43,757 bases of DNA from Candidatus Limivicinus sp. (lineage in GTDB: Bacteria; Bacillota; Clostridia; Oscillospirales; Oscillospiraceae). A program made the position numbers and the translations under genes. A model generated the notes under the pieces. That model made no database searches, was not told where the DNA came from, and worked only from the letters and a program-made list of their open reading frames with translations. Below are positions 14,328 through 25,176 of this stretch, one piece after another. Position 1 is the first letter of the stretch. Each line of letters starts with the position of its first letter. The stretch covers positions 1-43,757 of the forward strand of contig DBGBEC010000311.1 of the NCBI GenBank assembly GCA_048477415.1. Reading direction: 5' to 3'.

Positions 14328-16133
14328 TTACTCGTCAAGCTTCAGCACCGCGAGGAAGGCCTCTGTGGGTATCTGCACCGTGCCGAGCTGGCGCATTTTC
14401 TTTTTGCCCTCCTTCTGCTTCTCGAGGAGCTTTTTCTTCCTGGTTATGTCCCCGCCGTAGCACTTGGCAAGCACGTCCTTGCGCAGGGCCTTCACCGTCT
14501 CCCGGGCGATTATCTTGCCGCCTATGGCCGCCTGTATGGGTATCTCGAAAAGCTGCCGGGGAATGTTCTCCTTCAGCTTCTCACAGAGCTTTCTGGCCCG
14601 GGGATAGGCCTTTTCCCGGTGGGCGATGAAGCTGAGAGCGTCCACCTGGTCCCCGTTGAGCAGCATGTCCACCTTCACAAGGTCGCTGGTCTTATACTCG
14701 CTGAACTCATAGTCCAGGGAGGCATATCCCTTGGTCCGGGCCTTCAGGGTGTCGAAAAAGTCGTATATTATCTCGTTCAGGGGCATTTCATAGTGCAGCT
14801 CCACCAGGCGGCTGTCCAGATACTGCATGTTTTTGTATTCGCCCCGCCTGTCCTGGCAGAGAGGCATGATATTGCCCACAAACTCGTTGGGCGTAATGAT
14901 GGAGACCTTCACAAAGGGCTCGTAGGCCTCCATGATGGAGGCGGTCTCCGGATAGTTGTGGGGGTTGTCCACCATGACCACGCTGCCGTCGGTCTTTACT
15001 ACCTTATATATAACAGAAGGGAGGGTGGTGACAAGCTCCAGGTCAAACTCCCGCTCCAGACGCTCCTGGATGACCTCCATGTGGAGCATGCCCAGAAAGC
15101 CGCAGCGGAAGCCAAAGCCCAGGGCCACGGAGCTCTCCGGCTCGTAGGCCAGGGAGGCGTCGTTCAGCTTCAGCTTGTCCAGAGCCTCCCGCAGGTCCGG
15201 GTATTTGGAGCCGTCCTCGGTGTATATGCCGCAGTAGACCATGGGCCTTGCGGGCCTGTAGCCGGGCAGGGCCGTCTCCGCAGGGTCCCGGGCCAGGGTC
15301 ACGGTGTCGCCTACCTGGGTATCCGCCACGTTTTTTATGCTGGCCGTGAAATAGCCCACGTCCCCCGCGCTGAGCTCCTGGCAGGGCTCCAGGCCGATGG
15401 GTCGGAGATATCCCAGCTCCAGCACCTTATACCTCGCCCCGGTGGACATGAGCAGCACCTCGCTGTCCTTCCTCAGGCGGCCGTCTATAAGCCGCATGAA
15501 CACGATAACGCCCCTGTAGTTGTCGTACTGGCTGTCAAATATCAGGGCCTTCAGGGGCTTTTCCGGGTCTCCGGCAGGGGCGGGGACATTTTTCACGATG
15601 TCCTCAAGCACCGCCTCGATGTTGAGGCCCGCCTTGGCGCTTATCTCCGGCGCGTCCTGGGCCGGGATGCCGATTATCTCTTCTATCTCGTCCTTCACCC
15701 GCTGGGGCTCCGCCGCGGGCAGGTCTATCTTGTTTATGACAGGCAGTATCTCCAGGTCGTTGTCCAGGGCCAGATAGGTGTTGGAAAGGGTCTGGGCCTC
15801 CACCCCCTGGGAAGCGTCCACCACAAGGACAGCCCCCTCGCAGGCCGCCAGGGAACGGCTGACCTCGTAGTTGAAGTCCACATGGCCCGGGGTGTCGATA
15901 AGGTTCAGGGTATAGCTCTCCCCGTCCTCCGCCTTATACTCAAGCCCGACGGCCCGGGCCTTTATGGTTATGCCCCGCTCCCGCTCAAGGTCCATGTTGT
16001 CCAGTATCTGGTCTTCCATTATCCGCGCTTCCACAGCGCCGCATTTTTCGATGAGCCGGTCGGAAAGGGTGGATTTCCCGTGGTCTATGTGGGCGATGAT
16101 GGAAAAGTTTCTTATATTCTCCTGTCTGCTCAT
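14328..16133 (-). CDS. lepA: Translation elongation factor 4 (LepA)
   Basis: It contains [33 protein letters not shown] and a C-terminal LepA_C region ([54 protein letters not shown]). The start is trimmed to MSRQEN at 16133. Confidence 0.96.
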   Translation of the reverse strand: MSRQENIRNFSIIAHIDHGKSTLSDRLIEKCGAVEARIMEDQILDNMDLERERGITIKARAVGLEYKAEDGESYTLNLIDTPGHVDFNYEVSRSLAACEGAVLVVDASQGVEAQTLSNTYLALDNDLEILPVINKIDLPAAEPQRVKDEIEEIIGIPAQDAPEISAKAGLNIEAVLEDIVKNVPAPAGDPEKPLKALIFDSQYDNYRGVIVFMRLIDGRLRKDSEVLLMSTGARYKVLELGYLRPIGLEPCQELSAGDVGYFTASIKNVADTQVGDTVTLARDPAETALPGYRPARPMVYCGIYTEDGSKYPDLREALDKLKLNDASLAYEPESSVALGFGFRCGFLGMLHMEVIQERLEREFDLELVTTLPSVIYKVVKTDGSVVMVDNPHNYPETASIMEAYEPFVKVSIITPNEFVGNIMPLCQDRRGEYKNMQYLDSRLVELHYEMPLNEIIYDFFDTLKARTKGYASLDYEFSEYKTSDLVKVDMLLNGDQVDALSFIAHREKAYPRARKLCEKLKENIPRQLFEIPIQAAIGGKIIARETVKALRKDVLAKCYGGDITRKKKLLEKQKEGKKKMRQLGTVQIPTEAFLAVLKLDE

Positions 16134-16441
16134 GGCCTGGTCCGCCCCTCCTCCAGAAAGATCTCCGCCCTGTCCAGCAGGCCCCGTATCTGGCCCAGGA
16201 AGACCCGGGCCGCCGCCCGCTCTCTGCCCTCCGGCTCGTCCGTGCGGCAGAGCAGGTAGTCCGCCGTGACCCCATAATAGTCGCAGGCCCGGCACACAAA
16301 GGCGAGCCCCGGCTCTCGCGCACCCTTTTCATAATGGCTAAGCAGGGCCTGGCTTATGCCCAGCTCCAGAGCCGCCTGGCGCTGGCTTATATTCTTTTCA
16401 CGGCGAAGTGCCGACAATGTCTCGGGAAAGCTTCTGTTCAT
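16130..16441 (-). CDS. XRE-family HTH transcriptional regulator, translationally coupled to lepA
   Basis: The HTH reads [32 protein letters not shown]. Its stop overlaps the lepA ATG (ATGA). The start is trimmed to MNRSFPE at 16441. Confidence 0.8.
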   Translation of the reverse strand: MNRSFPETLSALRREKNISQRQAALELGISQALLSHYEKGAREPGLAFVCRACDYYGVTADYLLCRTDEPEGRERAAARVFLGQIRGLLDRAEIFLEEGRTRP

Positions 16442-16478
16442 GCTGCAACGCGCTCCATTAATCCATATTGACCCAGAT

Positions 16479-16507
16479 ATTATAACGGCAGTATAGTTTT
16501 TTGTAAA
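16479..16507 (-). promoter_or_regulatory. Sigma-A-type promoter (TTTACA-17 nt-TATAAT) for the XRE-lepA operon
   Basis: The minus strand has TTTACA at 16507-16502 and TATAAT at 16484-16479, about 40 nt upstream of the XRE ATG. Confidence 0.55.
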
Positions 16508-16669
16508 CAGTAAAAAACACACGGAATACGTTTTTTCCTTCCGCAGCGGCTTGGACGTTCACAAAATCTCCGGGCTTTGTTTAAAATTTCTTGGGAGTTT
16601 GTTCATTACAGGGACATAAATGCCGGTTATATTATACCCACAAACAAAGCAAGGCGAGAGGTCAGCGAG

Positions 16670-18118
16670 ATGTACGAGCCCGATGGAAAAAGCGCCCTGG
16701 ATGAGCGGAAAGAAAAAAGCGATTCCGGTCTGGTTTCTCCGGAGGCCCGGATCTCCTCCCACCCCAGAGACACGGACCGGGTAAACGGTGAGTATCACTA
16801 CAAAAACGGCTACACCCAGAAGATCTATTCCGACGCGCATTATGTGCCCGCCGGAGAGAGCACGGTGCCGCCCCGGTACTACAGCCCCCCCGGGAAGCCC
16901 GTGAGAGAGCCTAAGCCCCCCCGGGAGAAAAAGCCCGGAGGCGGCGCGGGGAAGATCTTTCTGATGTGCATGGTCTGCGCCCTGCTTGGCGGCTTCATAG
17001 GCTCTGCGGTAACGAGCAGCGGCTTTGAAGAGCGGATAGCTCTTCTTGAGCAGCAGGCGGTCCAGGCCCAGGAAGAGGCCCTTGTTGTGAGCAGCCCCCA
17101 GCCCGGCATGGCTTTGAGCTCCGGCTCCGCCCTCTCGGCGAGCCAGATATACGAGCGGGCCTGTCAAGAGGTGGTGGGCGTGAGCACAGAGGTGACATAT
17201 ACCAACTATTTCGGCATGACCAGCGCCTCCGCCGTCAGCGGCACAGGCTTCATCGTCTCTGAAAACGGCTACATCGTCACCAACTACCACGTTATAGAGC
17301 AGGCCTACGCCCGGGACCTTGAGGTCTCAGTCATGCTCCACGACGGTTCAAAATACTCCGCCTCCATAATAGGCGTTGAGGAATGCAGCGACCTGGCCGT
17401 TCTGAAGATAGAGGCGGTCAATCTCAGCCCCGTGAGCCTTGGCGACAGCGACAGTCTCCAGGTCGGGGACGACATATACGCTGTTGGCAACCCCCTGGGC
17501 GAGCTTGATTTCTCCATGAGCACCGGCCATGTGAGCGCTCTCGACAGGCTTATCTCCACCGACGACAGCTCATACGCGATAAGCATGTTTCAGATCGACG
17601 CGGCGGTGAACACCGGCAACTCCGGCGGCCCGGCCTACAACTCCAGAGGCGAGGTAGTGGGCATAGTCAGCGCCAAATACAGCGACGCGGGCGTGGAGGG
17701 CATAGGCTTCGCCATCCCCATAAACGACGCGGCCTCCATAGTAAGCGACTTGATAACCAAGGGCTATGTCACCGGCAGGGCCTATATGGGGATCGAGTTT
17801 GATAATAGATACAACACGATATACAGTCAGTATTACGGAATGCCCATCGGCGCCTATGTGTACTCGGTCGAAAGCGGAAGCTGCGCCGAGGAGGCTGGGC
17901 TCCAGTCAGGAGACATCATCACAGAGCTGGGCGGTTTGGAGATAGCTGGATACAGCGATATCAAACAGGCCGTAAAGCAGTTCTCCGCCGGTGACACCGT
18001 CGGGCTCAGCCTCTACAGGGCTGGAGAAAGCCTTGAACTGACCATAACCTTCGACGAGGCCCAGCCGGACTCCACCTCCGACAGCCCCATAAAGATAAGC
18101 CCCGGCACCGGGGAATAA
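16670..18118 (+). CDS. HtrA/DegP-family trypsin-like serine protease with a C-terminal PDZ domain
   Basis: The catalytic triad contexts are VTNYHV, DLAVLKI and GNSGGPAYN. The PDZ segment reads GLQSGDIITELGG. A Pro/Lys-rich cytoplasmic N-terminus precedes one TM segment. The start is set at MYEPDGK. Confidence 0.9.
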   Translation: MYEPDGKSALDERKEKSDSGLVSPEARISSHPRDTDRVNGEYHYKNGYTQKIYSDAHYVPAGESTVPPRYYSPPGKPVREPKPPREKKPGGGAGKIFLMCMVCALLGGFIGSAVTSSGFEERIALLEQQAVQAQEEALVVSSPQPGMALSSGSALSASQIYERACQEVVGVSTEVTYTNYFGMTSASAVSGTGFIVSENGYIVTNYHVIEQAYARDLEVSVMLHDGSKYSASIIGVEECSDLAVLKIEAVNLSPVSLGDSDSLQVGDDIYAVGNPLGELDFSMSTGHVSALDRLISTDDSSYAISMFQIDAAVNTGNSGGPAYNSRGEVVGIVSAKYSDAGVEGIGFAIPINDAASIVSDLITKGYVTGRAYMGIEFDNRYNTIYSQYYGMPIGAYVYSVESGSCAEEAGLQSGDIITELGGLEIAGYSDIKQAVKQFSAGDTVGLSLYRAGESLELTITFDEAQPDSTSDSPIKISPGTGE

Positions 18119-18181
18119 ACGGTGGACACTTTATTTGCTACTTTTCTACTCCTATAAATCCTCTCTTTTCTCCCAAAAACG

Positions 18182-18219
18182 AAGCCCCCTGCGCCTCGGC
18201 GCAGGGGGCTTTGTTTTTC
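18182..18219. terminator. Bidirectional terminator between htrA and the GH13 gene
   Basis: AAGCCCCCTGCGCC pairs with GGCGCAGGGGGCTT. It is flanked by AAAAAC upstream and TTGTTTTT downstream. Confidence 0.8.
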
Positions 18220-18235
18220 TGTTGACCGGCATAGT

Positions 18236-19933
18236 TCAGTCGAGCTCATCCACCGGGTCATAGCTCAGGATGACGGCCTGGTATGGGGCCAAGCGCAGCT
18301 CTTCGGCCCCGTCCAGCTCATATCCCTCTATATTTGACAGGATGAGCTTAAGAGCACGATAGCTCTCGGGCAGCCTGGGGCACAGCTCATTTTCAGAAAA
18401 GTTTCCTACAACGAACCAGTGTTCGCCTTCAAACTGCTTCTCATAGGCAAAAAGCTCTTCATCCTCGGGCCAGACCAGGGATATCTCGCCGTAGGGCATT
18501 ATCAGATTATCTTTTCTGAGTTTTATCAGCCGCTTGTAAAAGTTCAGGACTGAGTCCGGATCCCTCTTCGCCGCCTCCACATTTATCTCACCATAGTCCG
18601 GGTTCAGCATTATCCAGGGCGTGCCGCTTGTAAAGCCGCCGTTGGGAGAAGCGTCCCAGGGCATGGGGGTGCGGGCATTATCACGGGCCTTGCGGTGAAT
18701 AGCCTCCCACATGAACTCCGGGCTGGCCCCGCTTCGCTCACAGTCGTTCACAAAATTCAGGCTCTCAACATCTCTGAGCTGCCCGGTGGAAGTCCAGGGC
18801 ACGTTTACCATGCCTATCTCCTCCCCCTGGTACACAAATGGCGTGCCCCGCAGGGTGTGAAGGATGAGCCCCAGCATTTTTGCGCAGCGGACCCGATATT
18901 TGCCGCTTGTACCAAAGCGTGACAGGGCCCTCGGCTGGTCCTGGTTTGACCAGAAAAGGCCAAGCCAGCCATCTCTAAGCTCCCACTGCCACTGGGCCAG
19001 CCGCTGCTTGAGTTCGCTGAGCTTCCAGGGCCGGTAATACCACTTTCCCTGCGGCTGCGCGTCCATATCTATATGCGCGAAGGAAAACACCGCGTCCAGC
19101 TCACGTCCCGGGCCTGCCGTGTATCTCCTCCCCTGCTCCGGCGAAAGAGATATGCACTCGCCCACTGTGAATATATCCCTGTCCGCATACACTTTTTCCG
19201 CCATTTCCCGCAGATATTGGTGGATGGGCTCGATATCGCACATGTGTTCAGCGGGAAAAACATAGCCGTTCATGTCCTTCTCGCCCGAGGCGTCGGGAAA
19301 TCCCTCTGTCTTGCACAGGAGGTTTATCACGTCCATTCTAAAGCCATCCGCACCCTTTCCAAGCCACCAGGACATCATATCATACACTTCCCGCCGTACC
19401 GCCGGGTTATGCCAGTTCAGATCGGGCTGCTTTTTGGAAAACAGGTGCAGATAATACTCGTCCGTCGCCTCGTTATACTCCCAGGCCGAGGGAGTGAAGA
19501 ACGAGGCCCAGTTGTTTGGCTCCTTCCCGTCTTTCCCCGGCCGCCATATGTAGTAGTCGTGCTTTTCGTTGTCCCTGCTCTTCCGGGCTTCAATGAACCA
19601 GGGGTGCTCATCGGAACTGTGGTTCACGACCAGGTCCACCAGTAGCTTTATCCCGTTGGCGTGGAGCTTATCCCGCAGCTCCTCCCAGTCTGCCATTGTT
19701 CCGAACTGCTCCATGATATCCCGGTAATCCGATATGTCATAGCCCATATCGTCGTTCGGAGATCTGAAGACCGGCCCAAGCCACACAGCGCCTATGCCAA
19801 GCTCCACCAGATGATCCAGCCTGTTGATAATGCCCCGAAGGTCCCCCATTCCGTCCCCGTCCGAGTCCTGAAAGCTGCGCGGATATATCTGGTAGAACAC
19901 ACATTCCTTCCACCAATGCCGCTGATGTACCAT
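18236..19933 (-). CDS. GH13 alpha-glucosidase (oligo-1,6-glucosidase / trehalose-6-P hydrolase-like subfamily)
   Basis: It contains WWKECVFYQIYPRSFQDSDGDGMGDLRGI, DLVVNHSSDEHPWF, GFRMDVINL and the GEEIG region. AAGGGGG lies 7 nt upstream. Confidence 0.92.
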   Translation of the reverse strand: MVHQRHWWKECVFYQIYPRSFQDSDGDGMGDLRGIINRLDHLVELGIGAVWLGPVFRSPNDDMGYDISDYRDIMEQFGTMADWEELRDKLHANGIKLLVDLVVNHSSDEHPWFIEARKSRDNEKHDYYIWRPGKDGKEPNNWASFFTPSAWEYNEATDEYYLHLFSKKQPDLNWHNPAVRREVYDMMSWWLGKGADGFRMDVINLLCKTEGFPDASGEKDMNGYVFPAEHMCDIEPIHQYLREMAEKVYADRDIFTVGECISLSPEQGRRYTAGPGRELDAVFSFAHIDMDAQPQGKWYYRPWKLSELKQRLAQWQWELRDGWLGLFWSNQDQPRALSRFGTSGKYRVRCAKMLGLILHTLRGTPFVYQGEEIGMVNVPWTSTGQLRDVESLNFVNDCERSGASPEFMWEAIHRKARDNARTPMPWDASPNGGFTSGTPWIMLNPDYGEINVEAAKRDPDSVLNFYKRLIKLRKDNLIMPYGEISLVWPEDEELFAYEKQFEGEHWFVVGNFSENELCPRLPESYRALKLILSNIEGYELDGAEELRLAPYQAVILSYDPVDELD

Positions 19934-19945
19934 AAAAGCGCCCCC

Positions 19946-20992
19946 TTAATCAAAAGCCAGCTCCCGGCCCAGGCTGGCAGAGCCATATATGGCGTCTATG
20001 AGCCGCTGGACAGTGTAGCAGTTTCGCGCCGAGCTTATCGGCTCCAGCCCTTCCCTGACGCAGCGCACGAAATGTTCCGCCTCGTTTCTGAAGCCCTCCA
20101 TCCAGGCATCGTCCCGGGAAAAACTGGGCCTGATATCCGTGGAGCCGCCCTGCCCGGCGCCGAAGATCACAAAGGGTTCAAGACTCGCTCCCTCCCGGCT
20201 GCCGTATATCTTCAGGTTTAGGTCCTCTTCAGGGCCGTTTATCGCCCAGCTCACTGTGAGCGTCATGCTTTTATGCCCTTCAAAGCGGATGAAGGCCACC
20301 GCTGCCTCCTCCACGTCCATCACTGCCCCGTCCGACCTCAAGTCGCCCCAGTTGAAACTGCTCTCCGCGCGGACATCCCCCAGACGGCTATGGGTCATGG
20401 CGCTGACCGTAAGCGGTTTTGGACAGCCCATCAGATACCAGGCAAGATCAAGGGCGTGAACGCCGATATCTATGCCGGCTCCGCCTCCGGACAACGCCTT
20501 CTGGGCAAACCAAGGGTTGGCGGGTATTCCCCGGCGGCGGACCCATCTTGCGTCGGCGTGGTATATCTCCCCCATCAGGCCCTCTCTGCGGCGTCTGTCC
20601 AGGATGAGCGTCTCCGTGCGGAAGCGGTTCAGCATGCCCAGCATGAAGGTCACGCCGTTTTCTTCCACCGCGTCCATGATCTGCTTTGCTTCGGCAGCGC
20701 TGAGGGCCATGGGTTTCTCAAGAAAAATGTTTTTCCCTGCCCTGGCCGCCTCCAGCGCCATGGGGCAGTGCATATCAGTGCGGGTACATATAGAGACCGC
20801 GTCAACCCCGCCGCGGGCAAGCAGCTCAGAGTAATCGGTATATACTTCCGCGCCAAGGGGCTCCGCCAGGGCCCGGGCCTTGCCCTCTTTGCGGTCATAC
20901 ACCGCGCTTATCTCCACCCCTTCGCAGCTCATGAACGCGGGGACATGGAAGGTCCTCGCCGCAAGGCCTGCGCCAACGATAGCAAGTTTCAC
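19946..20992 (-). CDS. Gfo/Idh/MocA-family NAD(P)-dependent oxidoreductase (paralog C)
   Basis: The N-terminal Rossmann fold is MKLAIVGAGLAAR, the EKP motif is IFLEKPMA, and a C-terminal alpha/beta domain follows. Confidence 0.88.
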   Translation of the reverse strand: MKLAIVGAGLAARTFHVPAFMSCEGVEISAVYDRKEGKARALAEPLGAEVYTDYSELLARGGVDAVSICTRTDMHCPMALEAARAGKNIFLEKPMALSAAEAKQIMDAVEENGVTFMLGMLNRFRTETLILDRRRREGLMGEIYHADARWVRRRGIPANPWFAQKALSGGGAGIDIGVHALDLAWYLMGCPKPLTVSAMTHSRLGDVRAESSFNWGDLRSDGAVMDVEEAAVAFIRFEGHKSMTLTVSWAINGPEEDLNLKIYGSREGASLEPFVIFGAGQGGSTDIRPSFSRDDAWMEGFRNEAEHFVRCVREGLEPISSARNCYTVQRLIDAIYGSASLGRELAFD

Positions 20993-21011
20993 AGTTCAGC
21001 CTCCTCCCGGT

Positions 21012-22043
21012 TCAAAAAAGCTCTTTCAAATACACGGCCCTGTGTTCCCGGACCGAAAGCAGCACGGCAGACGCTATAGCCAGGCTGTTCAGGTTGTCTT
21101 CCAGCGTAGGAAGTTCTGTTCGCTCCCCCTTGAGGGCACGGCGGAGCTCGGCGAGTATGCCCTCCCTGTCAAAGCCGGGGAAGGAGATCTTATCCGCCGC
21201 CGGTATACTGCCCGGCTCGTCCGCCGCCGGATACAGCCTCAGTTCTTCTCCGGACAGCCAGGTGGCAAGGCCCCTGGCACACTGGACCCGCCAGTCTCCC
21301 TGAAACTCTGTAGGCGCGCCCACAGAACTCATATGGCTTGAAAACAGGGCCCGCACTCCGTTTTCAAACTCCATGTTGATGAAAAAGGATTCCGGCCCCC
21401 GAGTGACCGCCCATTTCGGGTTCCAGCCGTCCGCATATACGCTTTTTACATTTGAAGAGCTTAGGAAGCGGAGCATGTCAAAGTGATGTATACACACCTC
21501 ATAGGCCTGCATGCAGACCTGTTTACCGCGCCAGCCCTGAATATTCCATATATGCTCCCTGGGATCTGTCGTCATCCCGGCGCGATAATCCAACTGAACG
21601 AATTGCAGTTCCCCCAGCTCTCCGCTGCCGATACCCTCACGGAGCCGCCATAGTTCCTCCCGGAAACGGTAGTTCTGGCTTACAAACACCCGCTCCTTTC
21701 GACCCTCCATCCAGCGGGCAAAGGCCTTTGCCTGGTCCAGATCGTCGCACAGGGGCTTTTCGATAAGGACATTTTTCCCCGCAAGCACAGCCCTTTTCGC
21801 AAACTCAATGTGCGCGTAGTGGGGCAGCACTATAAGGACAAGGTCCGCCTCAAGCTTGAGAGCCTCGTCATAATCGTTAAAGCATTTTTCTTCCGGCAGG
21901 CCCCAGGCCTCCCGGGCTTTTTTTAGAGTCTCCGGCGTCCGCACCACAAGGGCCGCCAGTTCAAGATCCGGGCTGTCCAGAATGTACTTGATCCAGCTTT
22001 CACCCCAATAGCCATAGCCTGCCTGTATGATCTTGATATTCAT
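21012..22043 (-). CDS. Gfo/Idh/MocA-family oxidoreductase (paralog B)
   Basis: It contains IIQAGYGYWG, VLIEKPL and FVSQNYRF. It is 343 aa long. Confidence 0.85.
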   Translation of the reverse strand: MNIKIIQAGYGYWGESWIKYILDSPDLELAALVVRTPETLKKAREAWGLPEEKCFNDYDEALKLEADLVLIVLPHYAHIEFAKRAVLAGKNVLIEKPLCDDLDQAKAFARWMEGRKERVFVSQNYRFREELWRLREGIGSGELGELQFVQLDYRAGMTTDPREHIWNIQGWRGKQVCMQAYEVCIHHFDMLRFLSSSNVKSVYADGWNPKWAVTRGPESFFINMEFENGVRALFSSHMSSVGAPTEFQGDWRVQCARGLATWLSGEELRLYPAADEPGSIPAADKISFPGFDREGILAELRRALKGERTELPTLEDNLNSLAIASAVLLSVREHRAVYLKELF

Positions 22044-22077
22044 CCGCTCCTTTCAAAAAAGCTGCGGCGGGGAGGGC

Positions 22078-23232
22078 TCAGAGCTCTTCGAGAGGGATGG
22101 GCTCAAAGCTGGTTTTCAGTTCCGCCGCCATCCCGGTCTCGGCCGATCTGTAGGCGGCCTCGATTATCTCTATCACATGCCTGGCGTGCTCGGCTGTGCC
22201 CACTGCGGGAACACCGTTTATCACCCAATCCGCCAATTGGTTTATATCCTCAAAAATATGGGACTCGCCCAGGCCGACCTGATGGTCGTTCAGGTGCGGC
22301 AGGCCCATGTTGCTGCGGATGAAGTCCATATCCATCTTCCCCGGCTCGTACAAGATCACCTCTCCATTTTTGCCTTGTATCCTGCCGTCCATTATCCGCC
22401 CCTCGGTGCCGAAGGTTATGGTAGAAAAGCCATTATAATTCCCGAAATCCCCCTTGAGCGAGGTATACATCACGCCGTAAAACGCGTCTCCGAAGTCGAG
22501 TATCATCTGGGTAGAGTCGTCCACCTCAGAGGATATGGGCTTTCCGTCGAAATAGTATGTGGGCACGCGCTGGCCGGAGAAGGCTGTGACCCGCTTTGCC
22601 GGGCCGAATATGCCCGTCATAGCATGGAGCGCGTAAACCGTGCAGTCCCATATGGGCCCGCCGGCCGGGCGCTTAAAATACCAGGTGGGGTCTATTTTTT
22701 CCATGCCGCTGCCAAGGTCTCTGTTCGGCTGAGTACAGTGCCAATACAGCACCCCCTCGGAGCCGCCTATGGTCCAGCTCGGGATACCTATCTCCCCGCT
22801 CAGTATGGCCTTCCTTATCCGCCGCAGCGCGGGGGAGGTCATCTGCCCGGGGGAGGCTACGAGCCTGACCTTGTATTTCTCTGCCTCGGCGATCATTTCG
22901 GTGGCCTCATCGGCGGAGAGGCACATCGTCTTGTTAAAATGTACATGCTTCCCGGCCCGTATCGCTTTCATGCCCTGCTCGAAATGGACTCCTATAGGAG
23001 AGGCCAGGGTCACGGCATCCAGCTCCGGGTCCTTCAGCAGTTCATCATAGCTTGTGTAAAAACGGGGTATATTGAATTTTCTCGCCACATATTCCGCCCT
23101 GCCCGGCACAGGGTCCATAACGGCGGCCGCGAATACGAGCTCGCAGCCGTCCTCCTCGCAGGTATGCTGGCACACGGACTGTATGCCCGTTGAGCCGCAG
23201 CCGACGACGCCAATACCAAGACGCTTTGTCAT
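22078..23232 (-). CDS. Gfo/Idh/MocA-family oxidoreductase (paralog A)
   Basis: It contains LGIGVVGCGSTG plus the family's C-terminal domain. In place of the canonical EKP motif it reads VHFNKTM. The start is trimmed to MTKRLG at 23232, preceded by GGGAGA. Confidence 0.85.
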   Translation of the reverse strand: MTKRLGIGVVGCGSTGIQSVCQHTCEEDGCELVFAAAVMDPVPGRAEYVARKFNIPRFYTSYDELLKDPELDAVTLASPIGVHFEQGMKAIRAGKHVHFNKTMCLSADEATEMIAEAEKYKVRLVASPGQMTSPALRRIRKAILSGEIGIPSWTIGGSEGVLYWHCTQPNRDLGSGMEKIDPTWYFKRPAGGPIWDCTVYALHAMTGIFGPAKRVTAFSGQRVPTYYFDGKPISSEVDDSTQMILDFGDAFYGVMYTSLKGDFGNYNGFSTITFGTEGRIMDGRIQGKNGEVILYEPGKMDMDFIRSNMGLPHLNDHQVGLGESHIFEDINQLADWVINGVPAVGTAEHARHVIEIIEAAYRSAETGMAAELKTSFEPIPLEEL

Positions 23233-23295
23233 TATCACATCTCCCTTTTCAGCTATATGCTCCATCTGCCCCTACGGGATTCAGACAGAGCTTTA

Positions 23296-24282
23296 TTAAT
23301 AGCGTTTTACCAGTTCCTGCATATAGCTGACGAACTGATATGTACATTTCCTGTCGAACTCGTGCATTTCCTCCAGGCAGTTATATGGACGCTCCGGCAG
23401 GATAAAAGCAGGTTCTGCCATGAGTATCATGTTTTCCTTTCGCTTTGCCTTTTCACAGATAGCTCCCATTACGACGTCAAAATCGATAATGCCCTCCCCA
23501 AGGCGGCAGCCCTTCAATATCATTGGCATGTCCTGCCAGAGATGCTCAAACACCGGGTTATCCACGACCTTGAAGTCTTTGAAATGGGCCGCCACGGCCC
23601 AGGGCGCAAGAGTTTCCACGTCCGCCATTGGGTCGCAGCAGATTACAGCCCCGTTTCCTATATCGAACATCCCGCCTATATTGGGGTGGCCTGTCTCTTC
23701 CAGGATCCCGGCTATCTCACTGCCTGTGAAATCGCAGTGGTTTTCATAGGCCATCATGATATCTGTCCCCTCCAGCGCCCTGCCCAGTTCTCTCAGGTTC
23801 GCACAGACAAATTTTTTTATCTCGTCATACCTGAGCTTTTTGTTATAGCGGCTGTACCTGGTCTCAAGCTTTCCATAGCCGCCGCTGAGGGTATTGGCGC
23901 CGAATATGCCGCAGATCTCGATGATCTTGTCCAGGTACCGGCGGGCCTCCGCCGGTTCCATGGCTTTCTCCCCTGTGACCGGGTGCGGCAGACCGGCAAG
24001 GCTCATACATGGGACGCAGTATACGACATAGTGTACGTCCGCTTCCTTCGCTATGGCCGCCATTTCACGGACATAGCCCATATCCTCAAAGGCCAGGAAG
24101 CCCGCGTCGTATTTCTCACCCACCGGAATGCCGGGCACGGGCAGCATTGACAGGGCGTGGGCGTCCATCCGTCTGCACTCCCCGATATACCACAGGAAGG
24201 AATCTCTGCCTGGGGCCAGAGTCTCCGGGCAGCGGTTGGCAAACTGCTGAAAACCGATTTTAAAATTAAAGCTGTTATTCAT
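23296..24282 (-). CDS. Xylose-isomerase-like TIM-barrel enzyme (sugar phosphate isomerase/epimerase family)
   Basis: The family metal-ligand contexts are present: MMAYENH, MFDIGN, AAHFKDF and LMAEP. The start is at MNNSFNF (24282), preceded by GGAGGGAG. Confidence 0.8.
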   Translation of the reverse strand: MNNSFNFKIGFQQFANRCPETLAPGRDSFLWYIGECRRMDAHALSMLPVPGIPVGEKYDAGFLAFEDMGYVREMAAIAKEADVHYVVYCVPCMSLAGLPHPVTGEKAMEPAEARRYLDKIIEICGIFGANTLSGGYGKLETRYSRYNKKLRYDEIKKFVCANLRELGRALEGTDIMMAYENHCDFTGSEIAGILEETGHPNIGGMFDIGNGAVICCDPMADVETLAPWAVAAHFKDFKVVDNPVFEHLWQDMPMILKGCRLGEGIIDFDVVMGAICEKAKRKENMILMAEPAFILPERPYNCLEEMHEFDRKCTYQFVSYMQELVKRY

Positions 24283-24319
24283 ATCTCCCTCCACCTTCTT
24301 AACGAGATCTGACGCTTTC

Positions 24320-25161
24320 TCATCCCTTCACGGCTCCGCTCACGGTCATGGCCTTCTCCACCTGGGCGCTGAATATAGCATATATCAGGACCGTGGGGAT
24401 GCTGGCGATCACCATTGTGGCCCCCATCGCGCCCCAATCCGTCGTATATTCGCCCTGGAAAAACAGCAGACCCAGGGGAAGGGTCTTCAGTTCGTCCCTT
24501 GTGAGCAGGATAAGCGCCAGATTATACTCGTTCCACACCCCCATGAACACGAATATGGCCACTGTCGCGATGGCGGATCTGATGTTAGGAACAATGATCT
24601 TCAAAAAGCAGGTCCAGACCGAGGCGCCGTCTATGCATGCGGACTCCTCCAGTTCAAATGGCAGGCTCCTCATATAACCATACAGCACCATTATGGAAAA
24701 AGACAGGTTAAACGCCGTATATGGCACAATGACCGCCCATAGTGTGTTGTTTATATGCAGGTCACGGACCAGGACCGCTATCGGGATCATTATGCACTGC
24801 AATGGCAAAAACAGGCCGATCATGGTCAGCATACGCAGAAAATGCTGGCCCCGGAAGTGCATCCTGGCAGTGGCATACGCAAACATCGTGGCAAAAATGG
24901 TGACGAAGAATATCACGGCCGCCGTCACTTTCACGCTGTTCATGAAATATGTAGGCAGATCAAAGGTCTGCCAGGCCTTCACATAGTTTTCAAAGCGGAA
25001 GACCTGGGGAAAGCCGAAGGGGTTTGTGGTAAATATCTCCATGTTGTCCTTAAAAGAGTAGAACAGCATCCAAATGAGCGGATAGAGATTTATCACGGCG
25101 TAAACATACAGGATAAGCTTGAAGGCTGTGGAGCCCAGGGAGAGCCGTCCGCGTTTTTTCA
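24320..25161 (-). CDS. Carbohydrate ABC transporter permease (MalG/CUT1-type)
   Basis: It has six TM segments and an EAA-loop region (ESACIDGASVWTCFLKIIVPNI). The GTG start at 25161 (VKKRGRL) follows GGGGGGA. The track's upstream extension overlaps the preceding gene. Confidence 0.88.
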
Positions 25162-25176
25162 CTGTTTTCCCCCCTG

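Noticed and set aside
16134-16295. N-terminal extensions in the ORF track. Examples: lepA from 16295, lacZ from 27645, permease from 25411, galU from 5972, SBP from 27494, htrA from 16577, queH from 4721, M23 peptidase from 4691, GntR from 30922 and ACP from 10734.
   Set aside because: The extensions overlap upstream genes or promoters, lack Shine-Dalgarno sequences, and precede internal starts that have good GGAGG-type RBS spacing and canonical protein N-termini. Starts were trimmed accordingly.
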